This document shows, piece by piece, positions 1 through 9,533 of a stretch of 64,000 nucleotides of DNA. The number at the start of each line of letters is the position of its first letter. Within the stretch, counting starts at the first letter, position 1. The DNA comes from Actinobacteria bacterium HGW-Actinobacteria-5 (GTDB lineage Bacteria > Actinomycetota > Actinomycetes > Propionibacteriales > Propionibacteriaceae), in NCBI GenBank assembly GCA_002843035.1, contig PHEV01000003.1, positions 7,890-71,889 on the forward strand, given 5' to 3'. The notes beneath the pieces are model-generated. The model did not search any database and was not told where the DNA came from. It worked only from the letters and a program-made list of their open reading frames with translations. A program made the translations under genes and the position numbers.

Positions 1-1
1 G

Positions 2-1714
2 GAGTCGGACGCTCCGCCGCCGTGGCCGCAGATGGTCACGCTGGGCTGGGACAGCCTGGGCTGGCGGCTGGTCAACCTGGAGGCGCTGGGGGTGGCCAGC
101 ATCACCGGCGACCCGGTGTACGCCGCCGACCTGGCCCGCTATCTGGTTTCCGAGCTGGCCGTGTCGCCCTGGTCGCGGGATGTCGAGATCGATTGCCTGG
201 CGATCTGCGAGGAGCTGCCCGGCCTGGCTCCGGCCCGGGTGCATTTCCACTCTGACGCCGCGGTGATCGCCGACCGGGTCGCCTCCGCGGTTGCCACCGC
301 GGACCGCCTGGCCGAGGCCGACATCACGAACATCGAGACGGCCCGGGCCACGTTCGCCCGGGAGGAGCTGTGGGACAGCCGGGTGCTGGTCACCTCCGCC
401 CTCGACGCCGAGCACCTCGAGGTGCTGACCCGGCTGGTCACCGACCAGCAGGGCCGCACCGCGACATCGGTGGTGCTGGTGGACGAGGCGATGCAGCCGA
501 CCGGGATCGAGATGCGTCTGACAGAGACCGGCCGCATCGAGGTGCCCGCTCTGGGGCTGGACCTGGTCGTGAACGGCCTCACCGCGGCTGAGGCGCGCGG
601 CTGCGTCGACCTGGTCGCGGCCGGGCTGGACTTCACCGATACCAGCATCCCGGCGCGCGAGGATCCAGACAATGAGGAGTGGGCCAGCTTCTGCAATGAG
701 GCGGGCTCGCTGCGCGAAGAACTCACCGTCCCCCGCGGATCCGGCGCCGATGACGCGTCCCTCTTGCCGGGACCGGACGAGGTGTACGTGGCCGGCACGG
801 CTAACACCGTCGAGGACCTGGCAGCGTTGGCGCCGAGCGTCCCGGCAGAGGTGCGGGCGAAGGTGGAGGCGGTCGACCCCACACTCGACGCGGACCTGGA
901 GCAGTGGTGGGCTGACTCTTGTGACCGGCCCAAGCTCCAGGTGCTGGGCAGGGTGAAGGTCAGGGTCGGCCCGTCCGGGGAACCGGTACGGGCCGCAGAC
1001 CGGCTCCAGTGGTACACCGAGATCGTGGCCTATCTCAGCACCAGGCCGCACGGGGCGACCAGCGAGGAAGCATCCGACGCGTTGAGAATCGGCGTCAAGA
1101 GGGTGCCCAAGGACATGACTGTGGTGCGGAAGTGGCTCGGGGTGAACCCGGCCACCGGGACCGACTTCCTGCCCGAGGCCAGGAAGTCGAAGCGGGCGAT
1201 CGAACGCGGGGTCGGCGTGTACGACATCGAGGGACTGCTGTCGGACGCCGACCTGTTCCGCAGGCTGCGAATGCGGGGCGAGGCGCGCGGCGGCGTGGAG
1301 GGCTTGGCCGACCTGCGGCTGGCGCTCCGCCTGGTCCACGGCGTGCCGTTCGACGACATCCGCGCCAGGGGCGGGGTGTGGCTGGTCAGGAACCCGCTGG
1401 ACGAGTACCTGTTGTGCGGGATCGTCGACGTGGCGCACATGGTGTCCACGATCGCCCTCGAGGCCGGCGACATGCAGCAGGCCCGGGCTGCGGCCGAACT
1501 CGCGGCCCTGGCTGCCCCGAGTGAGGCAACACCGCAACTGGACCTGGCCGCTGTCGCAGCCCGGGAGGGCCAGCCGGGGAAGGCGGCAGCGATCGCCCGG
1601 GGTGTTGTGTCGTGGCGCGATGGCGGCGGCGAACCGCCGCTCGACCTGTCGGATCGTGCCGAGACGATCCTGCGGACCCATCGCTGGCTTGAGCAGGCGT
1701 CCACGGCCAGCTAA
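2..1714 (+). CDS. hypothetical protein, 5' end cut by window edge; C-terminal tail resembles a BTAD/winged-helix regulator
   Basis: The frame is open from nt 2, with no stop upstream of the listed ATG at 32. GC3 is high. The TAA stop is at 1712-1714. The N-terminal ...GVASITGDP... region resembles a P-loop-less FtsK-like segment, but this is a resemblance only. Confidence 0.6.
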   Translation, partial: ESDAPPPWPQMVTLGWDSLGWRLVNLEALGVASITGDPVYAADLARYLVSELAVSPWSRDVEIDCLAICEELPGLAPARVHFHSDAAVIADRVASAVATADRLAEADITNIETARATFAREELWDSRVLVTSALDAEHLEVLTRLVTDQQGRTATSVVLVDEAMQPTGIEMRLTETGRIEVPALGLDLVVNGLTAAEARGCVDLVAAGLDFTDTSIPAREDPDNEEWASFCNEAGSLREELTVPRGSGADDASLLPGPDEVYVAGTANTVEDLAALAPSVPAEVRAKVEAVDPTLDADLEQWWADSCDRPKLQVLGRVKVRVGPSGEPVRAADRLQWYTEIVAYLSTRPHGATSEEASDALRIGVKRVPKDMTVVRKWLGVNPATGTDFLPEARKSKRAIERGVGVYDIEGLLSDADLFRRLRMRGEARGGVEGLADLRLALRLVHGVPFDDIRARGGVWLVRNPLDEYLLCGIVDVAHMVSTIALEAGDMQQARAAAELAALAAPSEATPQLDLAAVAAREGQPGKAAAIARGVVSWRDGGGEPPLDLSDRAETILRTHRWLEQASTAS

Positions 1715-1736
1715 GGCCACGTCACCAACCACGTCA

Positions 1737-1795
1737 CCACAGCGGCCGGCGGGCCCGATTATTCCGCGGAATAACAGGGCCGCCGGCCGCTGTGG
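1737..1795. terminator. long GC-rich hairpin centred on palindrome copy 1 (TTATTCCGCGGAATAA, 1759-1774)
   Basis: ccacagcggccggcgggccc (1737-1756) pairs with gggccgccggccgctgtgg (1777-1795). It starts 23 nt after the stop at 1714. Confidence 0.5.
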
Positions 1796-1975
1796 CGGCT
1801 GGTCAACCCTGTTCCAGGCATGACTTAGGGGACATAGGGGATGTGCCTTTGGCAAGGGGTCTGGCCGGAATTGTGGATAACTTTCGGGCTGTCCCCAGAT
1901 TTGTGGTGACGTCTGTGGCCATGTCGTCGCGGTGGCCTTCTGTGGTCTCAACAGACCCAGAAGGAGGTCCGCGCG

Positions 1976-2770
1976 ATGAGCGTGGCATCAGCACTGAACC
2001 TCAACCGCGACGCGGTGCAGACCATCGTCGTGCAGCAGTGGTCCGGGTGGTCCGCGCGGCTACCGGCGCTGCTGCGGGTTGATCGTCCTCTCGATCTGGA
2101 CCGTTGGCTCCGCGATGCCGATCCGGCCGCCGCCGACGACGTCCTTTTGTCGCTGGCACAGCTGGCCGCGGCGGATGGCGGCGACGATGTGGACGCGGCC
2201 AGAGTGTTGGCCTGGGTGCTGCTGCCGGCGGCATGCCGGGTCGCGGGCAGCTTCGCCCGGGTCGCCGACATCGACGAGCACGTGGCGGCGCAGCTGTGGA
2301 TCGAGGTGCGCTCGTTCTCCTGGCAGTCCACGTCGAAGGTGGCGGCGAACATCGCCGGACGGCTCCGCAAGCACTTGGGTACGGATCTGTCCGATCTGCC
2401 CTCGGCAGAGGTTCCCCCGACCTCGCTGGCCGACACCGGGGTGGTGGCCACCCTCGCGCGCCAGTACGGCGTGGGCGGCCCTGAAGACGGCCCGTCACCG
2501 ATGGATGAGCTGCTGTCGGTGCTGGAGTGGGGGTGCCGCCGCGGACTCATCACCAGCGAGGACCGGCTCCTGCTGCTGGACGTCATAGCGACCGCGGCCG
2601 ACGACCCCACCTGGCATCGCTCCGGTGCCGCTCTCCTCGGCGACAGAGTCTCGGACTCAGTCGGCACCCACTGGGGGATCAGTGGTCGCACCGTACGCCG
2701 CCGGGCGGCCGCTTCCATCAGCGCGCTCGCCCAGGTCGCCGCCGGCCAGAGGCAGGCGGGCATCGCATGA
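1976..2770 (+). CDS. putative HTH regulator (sigma-70 region-4-like C-terminus)
   Basis: The ATG is preceded by a gaaggagg SD. The C-terminal GISGRTVRRRAAASISAL segment looks like an HTH. GC3 is high. Confidence 0.6.
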   Translation: MSVASALNLNRDAVQTIVVQQWSGWSARLPALLRVDRPLDLDRWLRDADPAAADDVLLSLAQLAAADGGDDVDAARVLAWVLLPAACRVAGSFARVADIDEHVAAQLWIEVRSFSWQSTSKVAANIAGRLRKHLGTDLSDLPSAEVPPTSLADTGVVATLARQYGVGGPEDGPSPMDELLSVLEWGCRRGLITSEDRLLLLDVIATAADDPTWHRSGAALLGDRVSDSVGTHWGISGRTVRRRAAASISALAQVAAGQRQAGIA

Positions 2771-3030
2771 CTGTCCGGAATCCCCGCCCCCGCTGGCTTA
2801 CGGCAGTGGACACGAAAGGCGGTGGAAGCTCAATGACTGACGACCCCGACATGGCGGCGGTCCTGTTTGCCGAGATCGCCACCGAGCAGGCCGTGATCGA
2901 CCAGCTCGCCGAGGGCACCGCGAAGCTGCGGCGCATTCAGCAGGCCAAGCGTGACTTGGCCCTGCTGGATCCCTCCGCGCTGCGGGCAGCGCTGGAGCGC
3001 CGCCACGCCAGCCTCGTGGAGGGCGCATGA
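2767..3030 (+). CDS. small hypothetical protein (alternative start 2833)
   Basis: There is an ATGA overlap with the upstream stop at 2767-2770. A second ATG at 2833 has the SD gaaaggcggtgg. The sequence is coiled-coil-like. Confidence 0.55.
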   Translation: MTVRNPRPRWLTAVDTKGGGSSMTDDPDMAAVLFAEIATEQAVIDQLAEGTAKLRRIQQAKRDLALLDPSALRAALERRHASLVEGA

Positions 3031-3824
3031 CCACCGGCATCGTGGCGGTCGACGAACTCGCACTCGCCTACCGGGCCGCTGTCAACGGCGAGTTCCGTAA
3101 CGGACACCGACATGCCACCACCCCGACCGCCGCCCGTGGGCAGCATCTGGCCGCCACCTGGGAGCCTGCCCCCGCCGAGCAGGTTGTCCTGGTCGCGGGC
3201 AGCATGGGGTCTGCTGGAACCTCCACCGTGGCCTTGGCGGTGGCCAGCTGCGCCGCTTCCGCCCGGGTCGTGGAGTGCTGCACGGTCGCGTCCTCAGGTC
3301 TGGCGGCGGCGAGCAGCGCCGAGCTCGGCATGACCGTCGACGGCTGGGTCCAGGGCTCTCGAGGTGAGGTGCTGATCGAGCGGCGCGGAGACCGAGTGCC
3401 GTCGGTGGACCTGCTGCCGTCCCCGGCGCCCACCTCGGTGCCGGTCACCGTGCTGGACTGCTCCTGGGACCTCGACCTTCTCGTCGCGAGCGGGGCATGG
3501 CTGGGCGACCTGGCCCGCACCCTGCCCGCGGTCGCGGTCGTGACCAGGCCGACCATCCCGGGCATGCGCCGGCTGGAAGTGGCGATCGCCCTGCTGGGGG
3601 AGCACCGCGTGCACGCCGTCGTCGTCGGCGTCGACAGGCGTTGGCCCCGGCAGGTGGAACAGGCGATGGGCGCCGCAACGCGACGGCTCAGGTCTGAAGG
3701 CCGGCTCACCGGCGTACCCAGTGACCCGCAGCTCGCCACTGCCGGTGTCACCCCCGATCCGCTGCCGGCCGCCGTCCTGGCCGCCTGCTCCGACCTGCTC
3801 ACCGTGTTGAAAGGAACCCGATGA
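3027..3824 (+). CDS. ParA/CpaE(TadZ)-like protein with degenerate Walker A
   Basis: ATGA overlap at 3027. LVAGSMGSAGTSTVALAV occupies the P-loop position but lacks the lysine. The overall MinD/ParA-like layout is inferred. Confidence 0.55.
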   Translation: MTTGIVAVDELALAYRAAVNGEFRNGHRHATTPTAARGQHLAATWEPAPAEQVVLVAGSMGSAGTSTVALAVASCAASARVVECCTVASSGLAAASSAELGMTVDGWVQGSRGEVLIERRGDRVPSVDLLPSPAPTSVPVTVLDCSWDLDLLVASGAWLGDLARTLPAVAVVTRPTIPGMRRLEVAIALLGEHRVHAVVVGVDRRWPRQVEQAMGAATRRLRSEGRLTGVPSDPQLATAGVTPDPLPAAVLAACSDLLTVLKGTR

Positions 3825-4147
3825 ACACCATTCTTGCCGGCATTTCCGCCGCGGCGACCACCTACCTGGCGCCGGCCGTGATCCCGCTGAAGATCTGCCC
3901 GAAGGCGCCGCCCGGCGCCCAGCAGTACGCCGACGACATCACCGGCTACGTCCTGTGGGGGGTGATCATCTTGTTCAGCGTCGGCGTGATCGTCGCCATC
4001 GGAGGCATCGTCGCCGGACGGATCTTCAACATGCCCCACGCCTCCAAGGCGGGGATCGTCGGGATCTTCGTCGTCCTGCTGGCCGCGATCGCCTTCGTGG
4101 TCGCCCCCGGCATCGTCGACAGCATCCTCGGCAACGGCTGCATCTAA
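3821..4147 (+). CDS. small membrane protein (VirB2/TrbC-like position)
   Basis: ATGA overlap at 3821. Two or three hydrophobic helices are present, and the gene sits in T4SS operon context. Confidence 0.6.
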   Translation: MNTILAGISAAATTYLAPAVIPLKICPKAPPGAQQYADDITGYVLWGVIILFSVGVIVAIGGIVAGRIFNMPHASKAGIVGIFVVLLAAIAFVVAPGIVDSILGNGCI

Positions 4148-4161
4148 GGCTGGCTGCCCTC

Positions 4162-4983
4162 ATGTTCAGACGCTTCCGCCGCCGCAACCAGACGACCGCG
4201 ACGCGGCCGTGGAGCCGAGAGCGGCTCCTGGTGATGCTGATCGGCTCGGCGCTGACCGTCGCGGTGCTGCTCGCCGGGCTCGTCATGGCGATCGTGTACG
4301 CGCTCACCGATCGCGGCACCGCAGCGGTCACCGCGGGCGAGGACGGCCAGGTCGCGGCGGATGCACCGATCCGGGATCGGATCGCGGCCGCGCCGATGGC
4401 CAGCCTCGACCCGGACGCGGCGTTCACCCCGGACCCGGCCGTGACGGAAGCGGCCGCGATCAAGGTGCCCATGCCTACCACTGTCGGCCCGGCCGATGTG
4501 CCGTCCGGGTTCCCCCGCACCCCGCAAGGCGCGGTCGGCCAACTGGCCGCGATCGAGCAGACGGTCCTGGAATCGATGAGCCTGCCCGTGACCGCCGAGG
4601 TGCATTCGGCATGGGTGCAGCCGGACGGGCCGTCGCTGGAGGAGTGGGAGCTTACCCGCAACGTCCAGACCTTTCTGGCCAGCGCCCGCCAGGGCGGCCA
4701 GGAGAAGGACTTCACGACCCTCATCACCGCCAACCCTGCCGCTGGCCTGGTGAAAGGAACGGACGGGTCTGATTGGGCGGTGGTGTGCGTCCTGATGGAC
4801 GTTCAGGCGGCGATCAAGACCGAGTCCCGGATGGGCTACGGGCTGTGTTCGCGCATGCAATGGATCGATGGCCGCTGGCAGGTCGCCGCCGGCGCCGCGC
4901 CTGCGAAAGCGCCGTCGGCGTGGCCGGGCTCGCGGGCCGCGGCCGATGCCGGCTGGCTGACCTGGACTGACGAGGTGGAGTGA
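4162..4983 (+). CDS. membrane-anchored secreted hypothetical protein
   Basis: The internal ATG at 4162 gives MFRRFRRRNQ... followed by one TM helix. The upstream part of ORF 3955..4983 is Arg-rich junk that overlaps the previous gene. Confidence 0.65.
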   Translation: MFRRFRRRNQTTATRPWSRERLLVMLIGSALTVAVLLAGLVMAIVYALTDRGTAAVTAGEDGQVAADAPIRDRIAAAPMASLDPDAAFTPDPAVTEAAAIKVPMPTTVGPADVPSGFPRTPQGAVGQLAAIEQTVLESMSLPVTAEVHSAWVQPDGPSLEEWELTRNVQTFLASARQGGQEKDFTTLITANPAAGLVKGTDGSDWAVVCVLMDVQAAIKTESRMGYGLCSRMQWIDGRWQVAAGAAPAKAPSAWPGSRAAADAGWLTWTDEVE

Positions 4984-4986
4984 GCA

Positions 4987-6450
4987 ATGGAGTGGTGGAA
5001 TCCGTTCGCGAAGCTGGGCTCAACTGCTGCCCAGATCGTCACTGACGCCTGGACGGCAGCCTGGCTGAGCGTCTGGAACGCCGGGCTGTGGATCCTGAGG
5101 CTGATCTTGTCGTGGATGGACGCTTGGTTGACCCCGGACCTGTCCGCAAACGGCCCGGGCCACGACCTGTACCAGGTCATGTACTGGCTTGCCGGCGTGC
5201 TGGTGGTCATCATGCTGGTCGTCCAGATCGGGATCGCCGCCGGCCGCCGCGACGGCAAGAGCTTGGGCAGGGCGGCGATCGGCCTGGGCCAGTTCGTCGT
5301 GATCACCGGCGGGTGGATCGCCTACACCGTGGCGGTGACCGCCGCGGTGGGCGGGCTGACCCGTGGCGTGATGCAGTCGCTGATGGGGGTGACCAGCTGG
5401 AACAGCTGGGAGCCGTGGACCAGTTTCGACGCCAAGCAGGTGACCGACGCCGGCCTCGCGTTCGTGCTTGGCATGCTGGGCCTGTTCATGTGGATCGCGG
5501 CGATCGGGCATCTGCTGGTGATCCTGGGCCGCGACGCCTCGCTGATGGTGCTGGTCGCAACCGGCCCGGTCGCCGCCGCCGGCCTGGTGAACGAGACCAC
5601 CAGGGCGTGGTTCTGGAAGGCGTTCAGATGGTTCCACGCCGCTGTCGCGACACCGCTGCTGGTCGTCATCGTCACCGGGGTGGGCATGAAGTTCGCCGAA
5701 GGGGTGGCTGCCGGTAAGGCCGGGTCGATCGAAGCGTCGATCGGGACGGTGGTGCCGGCTGTGGTGCTGATCTGCATCGCCGTGGTGTCGCCGGTGGCGT
5801 TGTTCAAACTGCTCGCGTTCGTCGACCCGGGGACGGCCAGCGGCGCTTCGATGCGGGCCGGCATGCAGACGATGGGCGGTGTCCAGGGGCTGCTGCGAGG
5901 CAACTCGGACGCGGACGGCGACGACACCGCCTCCCAGACCAGCGGTGGGCAGTCGGCGGGCGAGGCCAGCGCCGACGCCGCAACAACCAGCAAGGTGAGC
6001 GGGGTGACCGCGCAGATGGCGTCGGCGCTCGGCCCGATCGGGGGAGCGTTGGCTGCCGGCATCGGCGCGGTGACCACGATCGGCTCGGTCGGGACGTCGG
6101 TGTTGACCGATCTGACCAACCAGGAGGGGGTCGGCCACAACACCTACCAGCCCGACTACCAGGGCGGCCGCCAGGACGGCGCCGGCCGGCAGAACCGGGA
6201 AGCGAACTCCAAGGACGAGGACTCCGGTGGCGGCGATCCGGCGCCCACCTCTCCGAGCACCGGCAGCGGACCGGCCACCGGTGACGCGTTCAGCGCGCCG
6301 GGCGGTTCCCCGTCGACCGGTCCGGCCGGTGGCGGGCAGGGCTCAGCCGGCGGCGGTGGGTCCGGCGGGTCTGGTGGCGCGGCGGGGGCTGGCGGCGCGG
6401 GTGGGGCCAGCGCCGCCGAAGTCGCCGAAGTCGCCGTGGTGGCCCTGTAG
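4987..6450 (+). CDS. polytopic membrane protein, VirB6/TrbL-like, with Gly/Ser/Ala-rich tail
   Basis: There are at least 6 hydrophobic segments and a low-complexity C-terminus (GGGQGSAGGGGSGGSGGAAGAGG). The position before the VirB4-like genes fits this call. Confidence 0.7.
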   Translation: MEWWNPFAKLGSTAAQIVTDAWTAAWLSVWNAGLWILRLILSWMDAWLTPDLSANGPGHDLYQVMYWLAGVLVVIMLVVQIGIAAGRRDGKSLGRAAIGLGQFVVITGGWIAYTVAVTAAVGGLTRGVMQSLMGVTSWNSWEPWTSFDAKQVTDAGLAFVLGMLGLFMWIAAIGHLLVILGRDASLMVLVATGPVAAAGLVNETTRAWFWKAFRWFHAAVATPLLVVIVTGVGMKFAEGVAAGKAGSIEASIGTVVPAVVLICIAVVSPVALFKLLAFVDPGTASGASMRAGMQTMGGVQGLLRGNSDADGDDTASQTSGGQSAGEASADAATTSKVSGVTAQMASALGPIGGALAAGIGAVTTIGSVGTSVLTDLTNQEGVGHNTYQPDYQGGRQDGAGRQNREANSKDEDSGGGDPAPTSPSTGSGPATGDAFSAPGGSPSTGPAGGGQGSAGGGGSGGSGGAAGAGGAGGASAAEVAEVAVVAL

Positions 6451-6473
6451 AGGGCCGGGGAGGAGACAGGACC

Positions 6474-7979
6474 ATGGCCGTCTATGGCGAGTACACCCGG
6501 GACCGGGTCGGCATGTTCTTCGGGCTCACCGGGGCACAGCTGATCACGCTGGTCGTGACCGCCGTCCCCGCGCTGTGGGCCTTCCAGCAGGAGGAGTGGG
6601 GCCTGCTGGCCGGCTTCACACTGCTGTGGGTTGTGGTGTTGGGGATGGTGACCGTCCCGATCCGGGGCCGGTCCGCGATCGGCTGGATGGTGGCGGCCAC
6701 GGCGCACGCAGCCGGGACGGTGATGCGGTGGACGCAGTGGCGTTCGAAAGCGTCCAAGGGCCAGGTCGACGACCTGGCCGAGCCCGACCTGCCCGGTGTC
6801 CTGCAATCGGTGACGGTCCACGACGGCCCTCCCCAGGGCCCGACCAACACCCGGTTCGCGGTCGTCCAGGACCACGCCGGCCGGGTATGGGCGGCCACCG
6901 CCTCGATCACCCATCCCGGCCTGGCGCTGGCTGATGCAGCCGAGCGGGACAGCCAGGGCCGCGGCCTGGCGACCCTGCTGAACGCCTGCGCCCGCACCGA
7001 GCTGATCTCCGAGGTGCTGTTCATGGTCCGATCGGTGCCCGACGACGGTGCCGAACGCGAGCAGTGGCTGGCCCGCCACCGCTCGACGTCGGCGCCCGCG
7101 CTGGCGAATCTGGTGAACGACCAGATGGCCGCCACGCTCAGCCAGGCCAGCGTCCGCACCGAGGCGTTCTGCACGATCGTGGTGCCCGAGGACCGACTGG
7201 CGAAGGAGGCCAAGGAGTTCGGCCGCGGGGTGGACGCCCGGGCCCGCGCCATGGCCATGCTGATGGCCGAGGTGGAGGGCCATCTCCGCACCGGCATGCG
7301 GATGAGTTCGGTGGAGTGGCTGACCTCACCGCAGCTCGCCGCCGCGGTCAGGACCGGTTTCGCCCCCGGCGACAGGGCCGGCATCGTCGAGGCGTTGGCG
7401 GCCCGGGAGGCCGATCCCGCAGTCAACGCGGAGGTGCCGTGGGCCCAAGCTGGCCCGTCCGGCGCCGACCTGGTGGTGCGTCACTACGCCCACGACGCCT
7501 GGCACAGCATCTCCGCGACGGTGAAGCTGCCCGCCAAAGGCGCTGTGTTGGGTGCGCTGGCCCCTGTCCTGGTTCCCACCGAGCCGGGTGAGCGCCGCTC
7601 GATGGTGACGGTGTTCCCGATTCTCGCCCAGTCCACAGCCGACAAGCAGGTCCAGTCGGCGGAGTGGGCCGCAGACATGGGGGAGGGGCTGCGCTCCAGG
7701 GCCGGAATGAAGACCAGGGCCAGAGACCGCACCGCGGTGGCACGCACTCGCGGCCTGGACGCCAAGCTCGCTTCCGGCAACGCGATGGTGAGGCCGTACG
7801 CAGTCGCCTGCGTCACGGTGCCCAAGACGCAGCGCATCGCGGAGTTCGGACGAAGGCTGGACGCGTCGATCCGCCGCGCCGGGTTCGCCCCGCTACGCCT
7901 GGACCTGTCCCAGGACGCCGGCTTCGCCGCCGCCAACATCCCGCTGGGCCTGGGGCTGCACCGGAAGTCCGAGCAGTGA
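6474..7979 (+). CDS. membrane protein of the actinobacterial T4SS (SCO6880-like, VirB3/VirB4-N analogue)
   Basis: SD ggggaggag is present. Two N-terminal TM helices are seen. The gene lies immediately upstream of, and is translationally coupled to, the VirB4-like ATPase. The family name is from memory. Confidence 0.6.
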   Translation: MAVYGEYTRDRVGMFFGLTGAQLITLVVTAVPALWAFQQEEWGLLAGFTLLWVVVLGMVTVPIRGRSAIGWMVAATAHAAGTVMRWTQWRSKASKGQVDDLAEPDLPGVLQSVTVHDGPPQGPTNTRFAVVQDHAGRVWAATASITHPGLALADAAERDSQGRGLATLLNACARTELISEVLFMVRSVPDDGAEREQWLARHRSTSAPALANLVNDQMAATLSQASVRTEAFCTIVVPEDRLAKEAKEFGRGVDARARAMAMLMAEVEGHLRTGMRMSSVEWLTSPQLAAAVRTGFAPGDRAGIVEALAAREADPAVNAEVPWAQAGPSGADLVVRHYAHDAWHSISATVKLPAKGAVLGALAPVLVPTEPGERRSMVTVFPILAQSTADKQVQSAEWAADMGEGLRSRAGMKTRARDRTAVARTRGLDAKLASGNAMVRPYAVACVTVPKTQRIAEFGRRLDASIRRAGFAPLRLDLSQDAGFAAANIPLGLGLHRKSEQ

Positions 7980-9505
7980 ACACCGCCACGAAGGCCCGCT
8001 CCGGCCGACGGGTCGACCGGCTGCTCGCCGACTTCGGCCACGAGGTGCCGACCATCGCGCCGGCCGGGCCTGTCGTGCCGGAGCCGAGGCTGTTCCGGCC
8101 GGTCGGCCGGCGCGGCGAGCATCGCCCGGATCGGGGATGGTCGCCGGCGCCGGCCCCGGTGTCGGTGTGGCGGATGACCTCGGACCAGGCGCCGGTGCTG
8201 TGGCCCTTCGTCACCAGCCCGGCGATTCCCGCGCGCGGCGCCCAGATGGGCATCGACTTCCTGTCCCGCACGAGTTTCCATGCTGACCCCTCCGGGTGGG
8301 TGCTCGACCCCACTATTCCGGTGTCGAACCCGAACATGTTCACGTTCGGCAAGCCGGGGATGGGCAAGTCAGCGACGGTGAAGGCGTTCCTGCTGCGGAT
8401 GATGGGGTTCAACTACCGCGCCTTGATCCTGGGAGATCCGAAGGACGAGTACGAGCCGCTGTGCCGGGCGGTGGGGGTGGCGCCGATCGCGATCGGGCAG
8501 GGTCTGAGCGCTCGGATCAACCCGCTCGAGTTCGGGCCGCTGAAGACCGGATGGGAGCAGCTCGGCCCAACCGTGGCCCAGGAGCGGGCGAAGGTCGTCT
8601 TCTCCCGCTGGCTGACCTTGATCCGCGGCCTGGTGGGGTCCCAGAAGATCGGGTCGGTACCGGTGCCGTTCGGTCCGAGCGAGGAGACCGTGGTCGACGC
8701 GGCGTTGAAGATGCTCACCGGCTACACCGACGGGAACACCCGCCTGCAGGAGACAACCATCCCGGCGCTGTGGCACCTGCTGGATGACCCGCCGGCCGAA
8801 CTCGTCCAGCTATGCAGGTACGCCTCCGAGCGGCACTTCCTCGACGAGACCCGGCTGCTGAGGGATGCGCTCGGCAAGATGGTCGGCGGCACCCTGAAGG
8901 GCCTGTTCGACGACCACACCACGATCGACGTGGACTGGCAGGCGCCGATCCAGTCGCTGTCGCTGTCCCGGCTGGAGGGGCTCGGCGACGAAGCGATCGG
9001 CATGGCGCTGCTATGCCTCAACTCCTGGGGCAGGGCGATGCGGGAAGTCGCCGCCCCCGGCGACATGCGGATCGTGGTTCGCGACGAGGTGTGGAAGATC
9101 ATGCGCCTCGGCCTGGATGCGGTGAAGAGCCTGGACGCCGACCTGCGGCTGAGCCGGCGAGACGGCGACATCCAGTATGCGATCGGGCACAAGCCGACCG
9201 ATCTGGAGAGCGTCGGCGACTCTGGCTCTCAGGCGGCCCAGATCGCCAAGGATCTCCTGCACCTGGCAGACACCAAGATCCTCCACGGCCAGGACGCCGC
9301 CGTGGCACGGCACCTGGGAGAACTGCTGGAGCTGACCGAAACCGAGATCGGCTGGATCACCGACTGGTGCCGGCAGTCACCGGGCCGGGCGGTCTGGAAA
9401 GTGGGCGACTGGGTGTTCAAGGTCCAGACGATCCTCCACCCCGCCGAACGGGCCCTGACCTGGACGAACGCTTCGCTGGAAGCAGCAAGCGAGAAGTTCG
9501 GATGA
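7976..9505 (+). CDS. VirB4/TraC-like conjugative ATPase
   Basis: The GTG at 7976 overlaps the upstream TGA (GTGA). Walker A is GKPGMGKSA and Walker B is IVVRDEVWK. Confidence 0.8.
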   Translation: MNTATKARSGRRVDRLLADFGHEVPTIAPAGPVVPEPRLFRPVGRRGEHRPDRGWSPAPAPVSVWRMTSDQAPVLWPFVTSPAIPARGAQMGIDFLSRTSFHADPSGWVLDPTIPVSNPNMFTFGKPGMGKSATVKAFLLRMMGFNYRALILGDPKDEYEPLCRAVGVAPIAIGQGLSARINPLEFGPLKTGWEQLGPTVAQERAKVVFSRWLTLIRGLVGSQKIGSVPVPFGPSEETVVDAALKMLTGYTDGNTRLQETTIPALWHLLDDPPAELVQLCRYASERHFLDETRLLRDALGKMVGGTLKGLFDDHTTIDVDWQAPIQSLSLSRLEGLGDEAIGMALLCLNSWGRAMREVAAPGDMRIVVRDEVWKIMRLGLDAVKSLDADLRLSRRDGDIQYAIGHKPTDLESVGDSGSQAAQIAKDLLHLADTKILHGQDAAVARHLGELLELTETEIGWITDWCRQSPGRAVWKVGDWVFKVQTILHPAERALTWTNASLEAASEKFG

Positions 9506-9533
9506 ATAGTGACGGTTTCGGCGGGCCCAGCAC

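Noticed and set aside
5020-7283. Long minus-strand ORFs (372, 273 and 375 aa) opposite the VirB6-like and SCO6880-like genes
   Set aside because: Their composition is His/Arg/Pro/Gly-rich and they have no motifs. The plus-strand frames show membrane-protein hydrophobicity and operon coupling.
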